Counted from the stretch's first letter, positions 31,101-40,276 are shown. The stretch: 64,000 nt of DNA from an uncultured candidatus Porisulfidus sp. (GCA_965215125.1 OZ244052.1:1248001-1312000), one strand, 5' to 3'. Notes: generated by a model not told the origin, from the letters alone. Numbers and translations are program-made.

Positions 31101-32195
31101 CAAAATGTTTAATGCAGCATTGACATCTGCATTGTCCTCGTGTCCGCAGTGCCGACACTTGAATATCGCTTGTGTTTTGCGGTTCGCTTTATCTACGCTT
31201 CTGCACTTGTTGCAGGTTTGACTTGTATATGCTGGATTGACCTTTCCTACATATGCTTTGTAGCTTAAGCATTGCTCCAGTTTATACCAGCCACTCTTTA
31301 GTATCTCTCTGTTCAAACCTGACTTCGCTCCCACATTCTTGCCCGGGCTGTCTATCGTCCCCTTCGCCGACTTCGTCATGCCTGCTGTATTCAGTCCTTC
31401 CATATAGACGATGTCGTATTTGTCCGCTATTAGCTTGCTGGTTTTATGACACCAATTCGCCCTCGTAAATCGCTCCGCTTGATACGCTTTCTGTAATTTA
31501 TACTTCGCTAGCTTACGCCTGTTGCTTCCCTTAACCCGTCTAACAACCATTCGCTGATAACGCTTGCGTCTTGCTTCCTTACGCTGTAAGTCGGGTAGGT
31601 AATACATGGTCCCGTCCGACAATGCTATCTGTCCCACATTCCTATCCAAACCCACTTCCTTTAGCATCTGCGATTTGTCCGCTAGCTCCACTTCATAGCA
31701 AATATATGCATACCAATTACCACATTCATACTTGACTTGACCCGATACAAACTTCTCACCTTTATACCTATCACCACCGGCAAACTTCATCCAGCCTACC
31801 TTCTGTATATACAAGTGACAACCCGATAGTTTTGCCGATTGATAATTGATTGGGAATGACGGGCTATGCGTATATTTGCCGTGAAACTTCGGCAATCCGT
31901 TGTTGCTCTTGAAAAATCCTTTGTATGCTATCTCTATCGGTTGTAATGATGATTTCACGATATAAGCGGAATAACCTTGCAACCACTTGTCGCAATGCTT
32001 TCGCAATGTCGTAAATTGCTTGCCTAGGGTGAAAAAGCTAAACCGGCTCTCGCCATAATACTCGTATTCATCCTTTAACTCAGCTACAAAGTGATTCCAA
32101 ACATAACGACACGCTCCGGCAGTTCCGTGTAATTGCCGATGCTTTTCATAGGTCGCTGGATACAAGCGATATCTGATTGTTCTATGAGTTTTCAT
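30987..32195 (-). CDS. tnpB: RNA-guided endonuclease TnpB
   Basis: N-terminal YRLYP...GACRYVWN; RuvC-I GLDRN, RuvC-II YMEGL, zinc finger CNKC/CRHC, RuvC-III NADVNAA. Confidence 0.93.
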   Translation of the reverse strand: MKTHRTIRYRLYPATYEKHRQLHGTAGACRYVWNHFVAELKDEYEYYGESRFSFFTLGKQFTTLRKHCDKWLQGYSAYIVKSSLQPIEIAYKGFFKSNNGLPKFHGKYTHSPSFPINYQSAKLSGCHLYIQKVGWMKFAGGDRYKGEKFVSGQVKYECGNWYAYICYEVELADKSQMLKEVGLDRNVGQIALSDGTMYYLPDLQRKEARRKRYQRMVVRRVKGSNRRKLAKYKLQKAYQAERFTRANWCHKTSKLIADKYDIVYMEGLNTAGMTKSAKGTIDSPGKNVGAKSGLNREILKSGWYKLEQCLSYKAYVGKVNPAYTSQTCNKCRSVDKANRKTQAIFKCRHCGHEDNADVNAALNILAVGNTATGRGDCSVGWSVKRQKDRVARRSNKSVKLSI

Positions 32196-32308
32196 CGATG
32201 TAATTTAACATTTCTTTGTCAAGTTATCTATATAATTCCCCACTCATTTATCCGAGAATTATATACTTTAAGTATGTAAATCATGTTTTACCGATTTCCA
32301 CTTTGTTT

Positions 32309-33102
32309 TTAGTTCCTTTTAAGCCACTTACATGCTAATCCATAAGTTGTAACTTGAGGCTCAACATTCTTCTTAGGGTGGATATTAGATTTTAGTATCT
32401 CAAATACAGGTTCGCTATCTAACCTAAACTTGATTTGTTTATAATGGCTTTTGCTATCATGTCTATCCTCAATCTGCCCTATTTGCTTATTATGCAATAA
32501 TGAAAAAAACACTACTTTTTGATCATCCATTTGTTTACTGTGCCTGGCTTTAGAATTGCGGAGCGAGACATTAGTGCATAAAGTGTCAACTACTTTATTC
32601 TTGTGGAATACATGAAAATGTTTTTTCTCTTTCAAGTCTTTTGCGAGACCAGGATATATACTAAGATAATCGGCATTCCCACCATCAAATAATGCCTTAG
32701 CAAGTAATGATGCTAACATTTTTGGTTTGTTTAACTCTTCTAAGAGTCTTCTCATGTGTGGCTGAAGTCGTAGCTTTGCAGCTGTTTTATTAGAAAGATA
32801 TTCATCATAAGTTGTTGGGTATGCATCAAGACAATCAATCATTATGTTTGCAATGTTCCCTAATCCTTGAAAGATAGTGTTAGTTTTAAGGCGATTTTAC
32901 TGTATAAGAAAATCTGCCACCGCTCCCCAGCTTTTACTGAGTGATACCTGTCTTGTTCATCCGCAACATCTTTTTTGTCTGTATGATGCCCTCTTTGTAC
33001 ATGACCACCAATTAGTTCAGCAAAATGCTCTTCATTTGCATGCCCAGCTCTTTTTACCATGCTTGCGTGTTCGCTGGTCATAGCTCTTCGTTTGGGCATC
33101 AT
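32309..33102 (-). pseudogene. Putative type II restriction endonuclease, split by a frameshift
   Basis: Overlaps the MTase stop; adding one A at the 32895-32898 run joins the 80-aa and 177-aa ORFs (YSKNRLKTNTIFQGLGNIANIMIDC); D..D...SVK PD-(D/E)xK-like motif. Confidence 0.65.
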
Positions 33103-34025
33103 CCCAACACCAAGAGTTCATGTGAATGTTTTATATGATTGTTTGTTCCGTTCTCTATTCTATTCTTACCTATCCTTGTTTCACCTTGCCCTAGGGTGTA
33201 TTGCCACTTTACTTCTATAATATTAAAATCAGAATACCAGTCTCTTATCGTCTCACAATCATTATATGAAAGAATAAACCCGCCCTCATGCTGATATAAT
33301 AAATCGCGCAACAGTTCATGATTGAATTGGTTATGGTGAACAGGGAAGTTTCTTTGTGGATATATTCCCTTAAACATCTTGCTATTACCATTCAAATAAT
33401 AAGGGGGGTCACAATACATGAACGAATCTATGTGTTGAGGTATAGTTCTACTAAAGTTCCCCGAACATACCGATAGATTGGGACAAGTGAAGTTTCTAAC
33501 TTTATCAAGCAACCTAATATATCTGCTCTCTTCTTCGTATATTTTTGACATCCAACCTAAAAAACCAGGTCCGTAAGATAGATTATGATTAAACCAATAA
33601 TGGGCAGCTAAAGATACTTTGTCCTCTATTTTTTGTGACTTGTCCCAATGCTTACGAAGTCTGTTCTTTACTTGTGAATATTTACTCTTTGTTGGTTTCC
33701 ATTTGCACAAGCGGCTATATAGTTCTAATGGTTTCTTTAGTTGTATTTGCCAGTAATTTGTTAATATATTGAAAACATCATAACCTTTGACTTTTAACCC
33801 TAGCTCTTTGGCGCAAGCAATTTCAACACTTCCACCACCAAAAAACGGAGATACTAATGAAGTAATATCAGGTGGCAGATGTTCTATTATGTGTCCAACA
33901 GCAAGGGTTTTACCACCAGCATATCGCAATGGTAGCCCATTATACCTAGAATACTTATATTTGCCTTTTCCATTAAGCCTATTTAATAAAAGGCTTTGCC
34001 TAGTGTCCGGCTTTAATGCAAACAT
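33099..34025 (-). CDS. Dam-like (D12 class) N6-adenine DNA methyltransferase
   Basis: LRYAGGK, SPFFGGGSV, DPPY, LSYND. Confidence 0.9.
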   Translation of the reverse strand: MFALKPDTRQSLLLNRLNGKGKYKYSRYNGLPLRYAGGKTLAVGHIIEHLPPDITSLVSPFFGGGSVEIACAKELGLKVKGYDVFNILTNYWQIQLKKPLELYSRLCKWKPTKSKYSQVKNRLRKHWDKSQKIEDKVSLAAHYWFNHNLSYGPGFLGWMSKIYEEESRYIRLLDKVRNFTCPNLSVCSGNFSRTIPQHIDSFMYCDPPYYLNGNSKMFKGIYPQRNFPVHHNQFNHELLRDLLYQHEGGFILSYNDCETIRDWYSDFNIIEVKWQYTLGQGETRIGKNRIENGTNNHIKHSHELLVLG

Positions 34026-34054
34026 GGTGACTACTTTATCAGTTTTTTATAAAG

Positions 34055-34440
34055 TTAATCTCTTGCCTCACGGACACGCCGAAGCATAAACCAAAACGAC
34101 TTCTGAGTAATACCTAGTTCCTTTGATAGCTGTAAAGACGATATACCCTTTCGCGCGGTCACTACCAAATAAATCGCTATATCCCAGCATTGCAAAGGTA
34201 GTAGCGATCTGTTCATTTCGCTATCGGTTTTTATCGTAAATGCTCTGCGACAACGATTGCAGTAATGATTGTACTTTCTAGGTTTGTATATTTTAACCTT
34301 CTCTATTTTTTTACATTTAGGACAGATAGGTTTGCTTCCCAAATCACACCTTCAATCTACCTAACTGCTTTTGTTTCAGTAGAAAATATTTTAAGTAATT
34401 CAGCTATGCTGATTGTTTGAGTCGTGTGTTTCAATTTCAT
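34055..34440 (-). pseudogene. IS1595-family transposase N-terminal remnant
   Basis: ISIAELLKIFSTE...*, frameshift, then PICPKC...CNRC zinc ribbon and RKGISSLQLSKELGITQKS.WFML.R.REA; DDE domain missing. Confidence 0.85.
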
Positions 34441-34559
34441 CTCCATATTTTGCATACTAAAATATCAAAAATGGAAATAGTGTCAAGTGTCTTACAGATT
34501 TTATTTTCAATATTTTTAGTAGGATTTTTACATACTTAAGTATATGATTCTATTTATTT

Positions 34560-35420
34560 TTAACGGGGTGTGTCGGTTTTTGCGTTTTTCCATCGCCAGC
34601 GAGGTTGTCCCCAATACCAGTTTGCAGGAGCCTGTTTTAAGCCTTGTGCTAACTTTTGCGTGTATGATGTCAGCAAGGCTCTTTCGTGTCCTTCGCCTTG
34701 GTTTTCAATAGGTTCAAGATAGATTCTATAATATCCCTTTTTAATTTTTTCGGTTCTTACGAAGAACACAGCGCATTGTGCCGTGCAGGCAAGCTGTGCG
34801 GTGCCCGAGTAAAAATCGGTATGTTGTCCTCCTAGCCATTTCAATTCAATGGATTTTTGGTGACGATCGGGTTCACGGTCCGATAATACATAAAAAAAGC
34901 ATCGTTGCTTGCGATGTTTTACTAGCGTTTTCACAAATTGTTTATGGGGTAGCGGCGTGCCACCGAAGCAGCTTCTTATGGTATACACCAAACGCTCCAG
35001 ATGAGGCGATCTTAGGGGTTTGTAGACACCGTAGAAAGGATGCCCGCAATGCAAAAATAGTACTTGAGCCGCCCATTCCCAGTTGCTTTGATGGCTGGAT
35101 AATAACAGCACCGGTCGGTTTGTATCGACATCGTCTAAGAGGTCGGGATTCATCAAACGAGCACGCTTTTGCAACCATTGTTTTCTGCACGATAACAGTT
35201 TCACCGTTTCAACCAAAAACTCGGTTTGTAAGAAATAATATCTTCTGCATAAAGCACGAATCTCGTTTGCGTCATACTCGGGGAATGCTCCGTACAGATT
35301 ATTTAATACTACCGTACGTTTAGCGCGTAGGATATAGCAATTAAAGGCGGCTAATAACCAAGCAATCGCATAGAGCAACGATAACGGCAGGCGAGATATA
35401 AGAACAGCTAAGCGCATCAT
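34560..35420 (-). CDS. Lipid A biosynthesis acyltransferase (LpxL/HtrB family)
   Basis: HQSNWE, YKPL, LSD, P.NWYW...RW. Confidence 0.85.
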   Translation of the reverse strand: MMRLAVLISRLPLSLLYAIAWLLAAFNCYILRAKRTVVLNNLYGAFPEYDANEIRALCRRYYFLQTEFLVETVKLLSCRKQWLQKRARLMNPDLLDDVDTNRPVLLLSSHQSNWEWAAQVLFLHCGHPFYGVYKPLRSPHLERLVYTIRSCFGGTPLPHKQFVKTLVKHRKQRCFFYVLSDREPDRHQKSIELKWLGGQHTDFYSGTAQLACTAQCAVFFVRTEKIKKGYYRIYLEPIENQGEGHERALLTSYTQKLAQGLKQAPANWYWGQPRWRWKNAKTDTPR

Positions 35421-35649
35421 TTGTTATATTTTAAGCCATAGCGGTTTGCGCAAAGTGATTTTTATTGCAACCCGATGAATAGGCAGCTATTGGTTTGGGA
35501 AATCCTATAGGTGGGGTATTTACCGGCGAGTTTTTGTATGTATAACGCTTTTGAGCATAGAAAATTGTCTGTTCGTATTGAATCATCGTCGTTTAACTGG
35601 TATATTCATCAATACTTTTTCACAACTTAACAAAAAGGAGGATATTATA

Positions 35650-36012
35650 ATGAGTGAAGCAAGTTTATACGAACGCCTAGGCGGACCGGATAAAATACGC
35701 GAGATTTGTACGGATATATACGATAACCATGCAAGCAACCCTAGAATTAAGAGTCGCTTCGTGGATAGTAATCGTGATGAAGTTATCCAGAGAGTCTGGG
35801 AATTTTTCTGTTCCGGTATCGGCGGACCCGAAAGCTATAGCGGCCAAGATATGAAGACTGCACATCGCGGGATGAATATCGCTGCCGATGAGTTTGTAGA
35901 GGTCTGCGATGATGTCATCGCAGCCTTAGATAAACATAATGTCGGGCAAAAAGAGAAAGACGAAGTGCTGTGCATTTTGTATTCTATGAAACCCGATATC
36001 GTCGGTGGCTAA
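35650..36012 (+). CDS. Group 1 truncated hemoglobin
   Basis: SLYERLGG, GGPESYSGQDM..AH.GMNI; AAGGAGG RBS. Confidence 0.92.
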   Translation: MSEASLYERLGGPDKIREICTDIYDNHASNPRIKSRFVDSNRDEVIQRVWEFFCSGIGGPESYSGQDMKTAHRGMNIAADEFVEVCDDVIAALDKHNVGQKEKDEVLCILYSMKPDIVGG

Positions 36013-36119
36013 AGCCTCGATATAAAAACTGCCCTAGCCATGGAGTATTTAAGTCCACAACATAGTTAAACTATGTTCATTATTTATGGAGGGAGGCTAG
36101 GGTCAGCTTAAGCGAACCG

Positions 36120-37394
36120 ATGGAGTGGCAGGTTTCACAGTACCCTCGATTATCGGCACAAACCGTTGAGTTTGCTAATAAGCTAACTCATAAAGCATCA
36201 AACCATTTAGAATTTATCTCGGGTGGGCAGCCGTATGTGCTATGCCCCGATACCACAGTACCGTCTGCCGAGTTTCCTGCCGCCGTGCAGTGCAGTATCA
36301 ACGGACACAGTGTGCGGTTCGGTCTTGATTCCGGTGTGTGCGCTTTCCTGTTGTCGGATTGGCTACCGCTAGAGGATGTTGCGGCGTTGCCGGATAATTT
36401 GAAAAAATCGGTCATAATAGCCGTCTTAAATCCAATTGCCGATTTTTTTTCTCAACATTCCGTCGGAAGTTTTAATGTGGAAGACATTGAATGTCAATCT
36501 GCCTATCCGTCCCACTCAAGTTTATTTTTTAACCTATCGTCCATGAACGGAACTGTAGTTGGTCGGATATTTGTCAATGTTGATGAGCAAACGACGGACA
36601 TGCTACATAAAATATGGCAGGCTACTGCGAAACCTGCACCGCTCGGCAATACCGAAGAATTACCTGTTTGGGTTGAAGTTATTGCTGCCGGCACAAAGCT
36701 GAGCTTGAATGAATTTAGTGAATTAAGGAAAGACGATATTATTTTGCTCGATATGGCATTTTCGGAACTAAAAGAAGTCTATGCTAGAATTAGTGATAAT
36801 ATATGCTTTTCATCCGTAATTGATGGAAACAAGTTAATAATTCAAAAACCGGGAGGGGTCGTAATGGCAAGTGACACACAACCGCCGATAGACCGAAATA
36901 TTGAAGATCAGGCAATTGATGAAGAGATTGCCTTAGGCGAAGACCAAATGCCATTTTCTAATGAAGACGAACCCGACGAGGAATCGTTGGATGAGCCTTC
37001 TATGGGTGCGGAAAATTCCGACGAGGAATCGCTGGATGCGTCTTCTGTGGAAACAGAAAATTCTGTTGAAGAGCCTTTTGATACACTACTTTCCGGCGAG
37101 ACATCCCCAGCTGTATCCGAGGCTGCCGATAGCAAACGAACCGTCTCTCAATTGAACGATCTAGGAGAGTTGCCGGTAGAATTGTTGTTCATCGTAGATC
37201 AATTCAAGACGACCGTGAAAGAGGTTGAGCGTATCAAGCCGGGCTATGTATTTGAATTGAAAAATAAAGCGATAGGGCAAGCCGAGATTCGTGCCAACGG
37301 GACACTCATCGGTGTCGGTGAGTTGGTACAAATCGAGGACCGTGCGGGCGTGCGCGTCATAAAGTTGTACGGACAGACGAATACCGAAAAATGA
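36120..37394 (+). CDS. sctQ: T3SS cytoplasmic ring protein SctQ (YscQ family)
   Basis: Two SPOA domains (ELPVWVEV; ELPVEL...ANG.LIGVGELVQI...GVRV); upstream of sctRSTU. Confidence 0.85.
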   Translation: MEWQVSQYPRLSAQTVEFANKLTHKASNHLEFISGGQPYVLCPDTTVPSAEFPAAVQCSINGHSVRFGLDSGVCAFLLSDWLPLEDVAALPDNLKKSVIIAVLNPIADFFSQHSVGSFNVEDIECQSAYPSHSSLFFNLSSMNGTVVGRIFVNVDEQTTDMLHKIWQATAKPAPLGNTEELPVWVEVIAAGTKLSLNEFSELRKDDIILLDMAFSELKEVYARISDNICFSSVIDGNKLIIQKPGGVVMASDTQPPIDRNIEDQAIDEEIALGEDQMPFSNEDEPDEESLDEPSMGAENSDEESLDASSVETENSVEEPFDTLLSGETSPAVSEAADSKRTVSQLNDLGELPVELLFIVDQFKTTVKEVERIKPGYVFELKNKAIGQAEIRANGTLIGVGELVQIEDRAGVRVIKLYGQTNTEK

Positions 37395-37513
37395 CTAATC
37401 AACCACTGCCGGTGGCAAAGTGCTACTTAATTAAAAGACGACACTAGTCGCATGATAAAGGGGGGGAAATTCTTGTATATACTCGTTGAGCGAGCTTGTG
37501 GAGGGGACTTCTG

Positions 37514-38164
37514 ATGGAAGGTCTGCCTTCTCCTTTTACGTTAATCCTGATTATAGGTGCGATAGGGATCATGCCGTTTGTGATTGTTATGGCAACTTCT
37601 TTTGCCAAGTTAGTTATAGTCTTTTCATTGATACGCAACGCTTTGGGTATTCAACAAATACCTCCGAATACGGCTTTGAACGGTTTGGCTCTGATATTAA
37701 CGGTATATATCATGATGCCGGTCGTTATCGCAAGCTACGAAGTTATTGCGAGGGAAGACCTACGCTTGGACGATAAAGAGTCGGTAATACAGGTTTTTAA
37801 GGAGGCGTCGGAACCGTATCGCAACTTTCTGCGCAAACACAGCGACCCTAGAGAGAGAGAGTTTTTTATGGAGACTGCATACAATTTGTGGGGATACGAA
37901 CATGTAGAGGAAATGACGGAAGACAATTTATTAATTCTAATGCCGTCTTTCACCGTGAGCGAGTTGACCACTGCCTTTGAAATAGGTTTTTTAATTTACC
38001 TGCCGTTTATAGTTATAGACTTGATCGTGTCCAATATCCTTTTGGCGATGGGTATGATGATGGTCTCACCGATGACTATATCCTTGCCGTTCAAGCTACT
38101 TTTGTTTGTTTTTCTTGACGGCTGGACCTATCTTATTCACGGTTTGGTGCTTTCTTATCAATAG
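37514..38164 (+). CDS. sctR: T3SS export apparatus SctR
   Basis: TSFAKL, RNALGIQQIPPN, LAMGMMMVSPMTISLPFKLLLFV; lacks the FliP signal peptide. Confidence 0.93.
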   Translation: MEGLPSPFTLILIIGAIGIMPFVIVMATSFAKLVIVFSLIRNALGIQQIPPNTALNGLALILTVYIMMPVVIASYEVIAREDLRLDDKESVIQVFKEASEPYRNFLRKHSDPREREFFMETAYNLWGYEHVEEMTEDNLLILMPSFTVSELTTAFEIGFLIYLPFIVIDLIVSNILLAMGMMMVSPMTISLPFKLLLFVFLDGWTYLIHGLVLSYQ

Positions 38165-38166
38165 TC

Positions 38167-38436
38167 ATGACCGAAGGTGAAATAGTCCAACACGCCAGTA
38201 ATGCGATGCTACTCGTGCTGATGTTATCGATGCCGCCGATTGTCGTAGCGGCGTTGGTGGGTTTGATAGTTAGTCTGATTCAGGCTTTGACGCAAATACA
38301 AGAGCAGACTATATCTTTTGCATTTAAGCTCATCGCAATAGTCGTCACGATGTTTTTAACTATGGGTCAATTAGGAGAGGAATTGTTTGCCTACGGTGAG
38401 ATTTCCTTCCGCAAGATTTCCGAGGTTGTCTTTTAA
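38167..38436 (+). CDS. sctS: T3SS export apparatus SctS
   Basis: LSMPPIVVAALVGL, QALTQIQEQT. Confidence 0.93.
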   Translation: MTEGEIVQHASNAMLLVLMLSMPPIVVAALVGLIVSLIQALTQIQEQTISFAFKLIAIVVTMFLTMGQLGEELFAYGEISFRKISEVVF

Positions 38437-39236
38437 TGGAAGTGTTGACTGCTCTTTTCAAAGACTATATCGCTATCTATAGTTTGGCGTTACCGAGGCT
38501 TATCAGTATCTTTGCCATGCTCGCCTTTTTAAGCCAGCAGACTCTAGGCGGTGCTTTGACGAGAAACGGCATACTGCTTAGTTTGGCACTGGTGTTGCAT
38601 CCTGTAGTTTCTGCCGAAATGGAAACTTTGGATTCACTACCGCACGGGATTTTGTTATTAATTATTATTAAAGAGACACTTATAGGTGTGGTTATGGGTT
38701 TTTCGGTTGCCTTAATATTTTGGTCGGTAGAGGCGGTCGGTGCTTTTATAGACAACCAGCGCGGTGCCACTATGGCAAGTTCTATGGATCCTCTGAGCGG
38801 CGATCAATCCTCACCGATGGGTACTTTTTTTGTCAACACGATTACCGCAATATTTTTCGTCACCGGATTATTTTCCATGTTCATGGCAAACGTTTATGCG
38901 AGTTATAAGATATGGCCGGTTACATCTTTTTTCCCCGATCTGAATTTTGATTTGGTGATTTTTTTACTCAAGCATTTCGGGCAAATTGTCCTTCTAGCCG
39001 TGCTGTTGGGCGCGCCGATAATTATTGCGATGTTTGTGGCAGAATTCGGTTTGATGCTAATCGGTCGTTTTGCACCGCAGCTCAATATCTTTTTTATGTC
39101 TATGTCTATAAAGAGCGCGGTATCCAATTTTATGTTGGTGATATTTTTGGGAATAATGGTTGCCTTTTTTAGTACCAAGTTGGGAACTATAACCGAGATT
39201 TACGCAGAATTGAACGAAGTATGGAGTGAACGATGA
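38436..39236 (+). CDS. sctT: T3SS export apparatus SctT
   Basis: KE.LIG, IDNQRGATM, RFAPQLN. Confidence 0.93.
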   Translation: MEVLTALFKDYIAIYSLALPRLISIFAMLAFLSQQTLGGALTRNGILLSLALVLHPVVSAEMETLDSLPHGILLLIIIKETLIGVVMGFSVALIFWSVEAVGAFIDNQRGATMASSMDPLSGDQSSPMGTFFVNTITAIFFVTGLFSMFMANVYASYKIWPVTSFFPDLNFDLVIFLLKHFGQIVLLAVLLGAPIIIAMFVAEFGLMLIGRFAPQLNIFFMSMSIKSAVSNFMLVIFLGIMVAFFSTKLGTITEIYAELNEVWSER

Positions 39237-40276
39237 GCGGTAGTAGCGGTAATAAGACCGAACCTCCTACGCAGAAAAGGCTGCGCGACGCGCGTAAAAA
39301 GGGGCAAGTTGCCAAAAGCAAAGAGGTGGTTAGTGCTTCGCTAATTATTTTTCTACTCGGTTATTTGTGGCTCTCCAGCGATTACTACATGGAGAAATTT
39401 CGCCAGCTGATCGCCCTGCCGGTGACTACCTATGGTATTGATTTTGACGCGGCACTGGGCGAAATAATAGTAGAGACTTTCAAGTTTGCAGTTGTTTTGG
39501 TTTTGCCGGTAGTCGGTATCGCGCTGATAGTCGGTATCGCCGCTAATTTTTTGCAAATCGGTGCGTTGTTTGCACCGGAAGTGATTAAAGAGGCCCCTAA
39601 AAAGCTCAATCCCGGCAAGGCGTTGAAAAATATATTTTCTAGAAAAAATTTCATTGAATTAATTAAATCTATTCTCAAGATTGTATTTCTAGGGTATTTG
39701 ATCTACTTGGCATTGCGCCACAATATTGGTAATTTAATCGGAATCCCAAACTGCGGATTAGCATGTTTGTTGCCGATATTCGGTAACCTGATGGGAAAGA
39801 TTATCACCTATGCAATCATCGCATTTATAATCGTTGCGGTTGCCGATTATTTTTTTCAGAAATTCGATTACATCAAAAACCTGAAGATGACCAAAGACGA
39901 AGTCAAACGGGAGTTTAAGGAAATGGAGGGCAGCCCGGAAATAAAAAGCCATCGTCGCCAATTATTTCAAGAAATCGTCAACAGCCAAGTTGCTAATAAT
40001 GTGAGCCGCTCAAGCGTTATTATCACCAACCCCACCCGCATGGCAATCGGCATCTATTACGATGAGGAAGAGACACCCTTGCCCGTGGTGACCCTGAAGG
40101 AACAAGGGACGATGGCAAAACGCGTCATAGAAATCGCCCGTGAAAAGGGCATCCCGGTGATGGAAAATGTGCCGCTTGCACATGCACTGATGGATCAAGC
40201 CGATATCAACCAGTACATTCCGTCCGATTTAATCAAACCGATTGCCGAAGTGCTGCGTGTTATAAAAGAGCTCTAG
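39233..40276 (+). CDS. sctU: T3SS export apparatus SctU
   Basis: KTEPPT.KRLRDARKKGQVAKSKE, KMTKDEVKREFKEMEGSP, NPTR. Confidence 0.93.
   Translation: MSGSSGNKTEPPTQKRLRDARKKGQVAKSKEVVSASLIIFLLGYLWLSSDYYMEKFRQLIALPVTTYGIDFDAALGEIIVETFKFAVVLVLPVVGIALIVGIAANFLQIGALFAPEVIKEAPKKLNPGKALKNIFSRKNFIELIKSILKIVFLGYLIYLALRHNIGNLIGIPNCGLACLLPIFGNLMGKIITYAIIAFIIVAVADYFFQKFDYIKNLKMTKDEVKREFKEMEGSPEIKSHRRQLFQEIVNSQVANNVSRSSVIITNPTRMAIGIYYDEEETPLPVVTLKEQGTMAKRVIEIAREKGIPVMENVPLAHALMDQADINQYIPSDLIKPIAEVLRVIKEL

Larger units (their letters stand above)
30982..32240 (-). mobile_element. TIR-bounded non-autonomous TnpB element, copy 1
   Basis: Perfect 24-bp TIR GGGAATTATATAGATAACTTGACA (30982-31005 / 32217-32240); 8-bp TSD CACTCATT (30974-30981 / 32241-32248). 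Confidence 0.92.
32254..34551 (-). mobile_element. IS1595-family-derived element carrying a restriction-modification cassette
   Basis: Imperfect TIR GAGAATTATATACTTTAAGTATGTAAA / TTTACATACTTAAGTATATGATTCT; degenerate TSD ATTTATCC/ATTTATTT; contains a transposase remnant; AT-rich. Confidence 0.75.

Noticed and set aside
32217-32222. TTGACA inside the TIR as the -35 box of tnpB
   Set aside because: No -10 box at 16-18 bp spacing before the ATG; an alternative extended -10 arrangement fits better.
30982-32240. TnpB as a Cas12f/type V CRISPR effector
   Set aside because: No repeat-spacer array or cas genes near either copy; the elements are fully accounted for by TIR-tnpB-TIR.
36120-40276. Flagellar fliN/P/Q/R-flhB
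   Set aside because: SctR lacks the FliP signal peptide, and QQIPPN and DNQRG motifs plus the Q-R-S-T-U order fit an injectisome.
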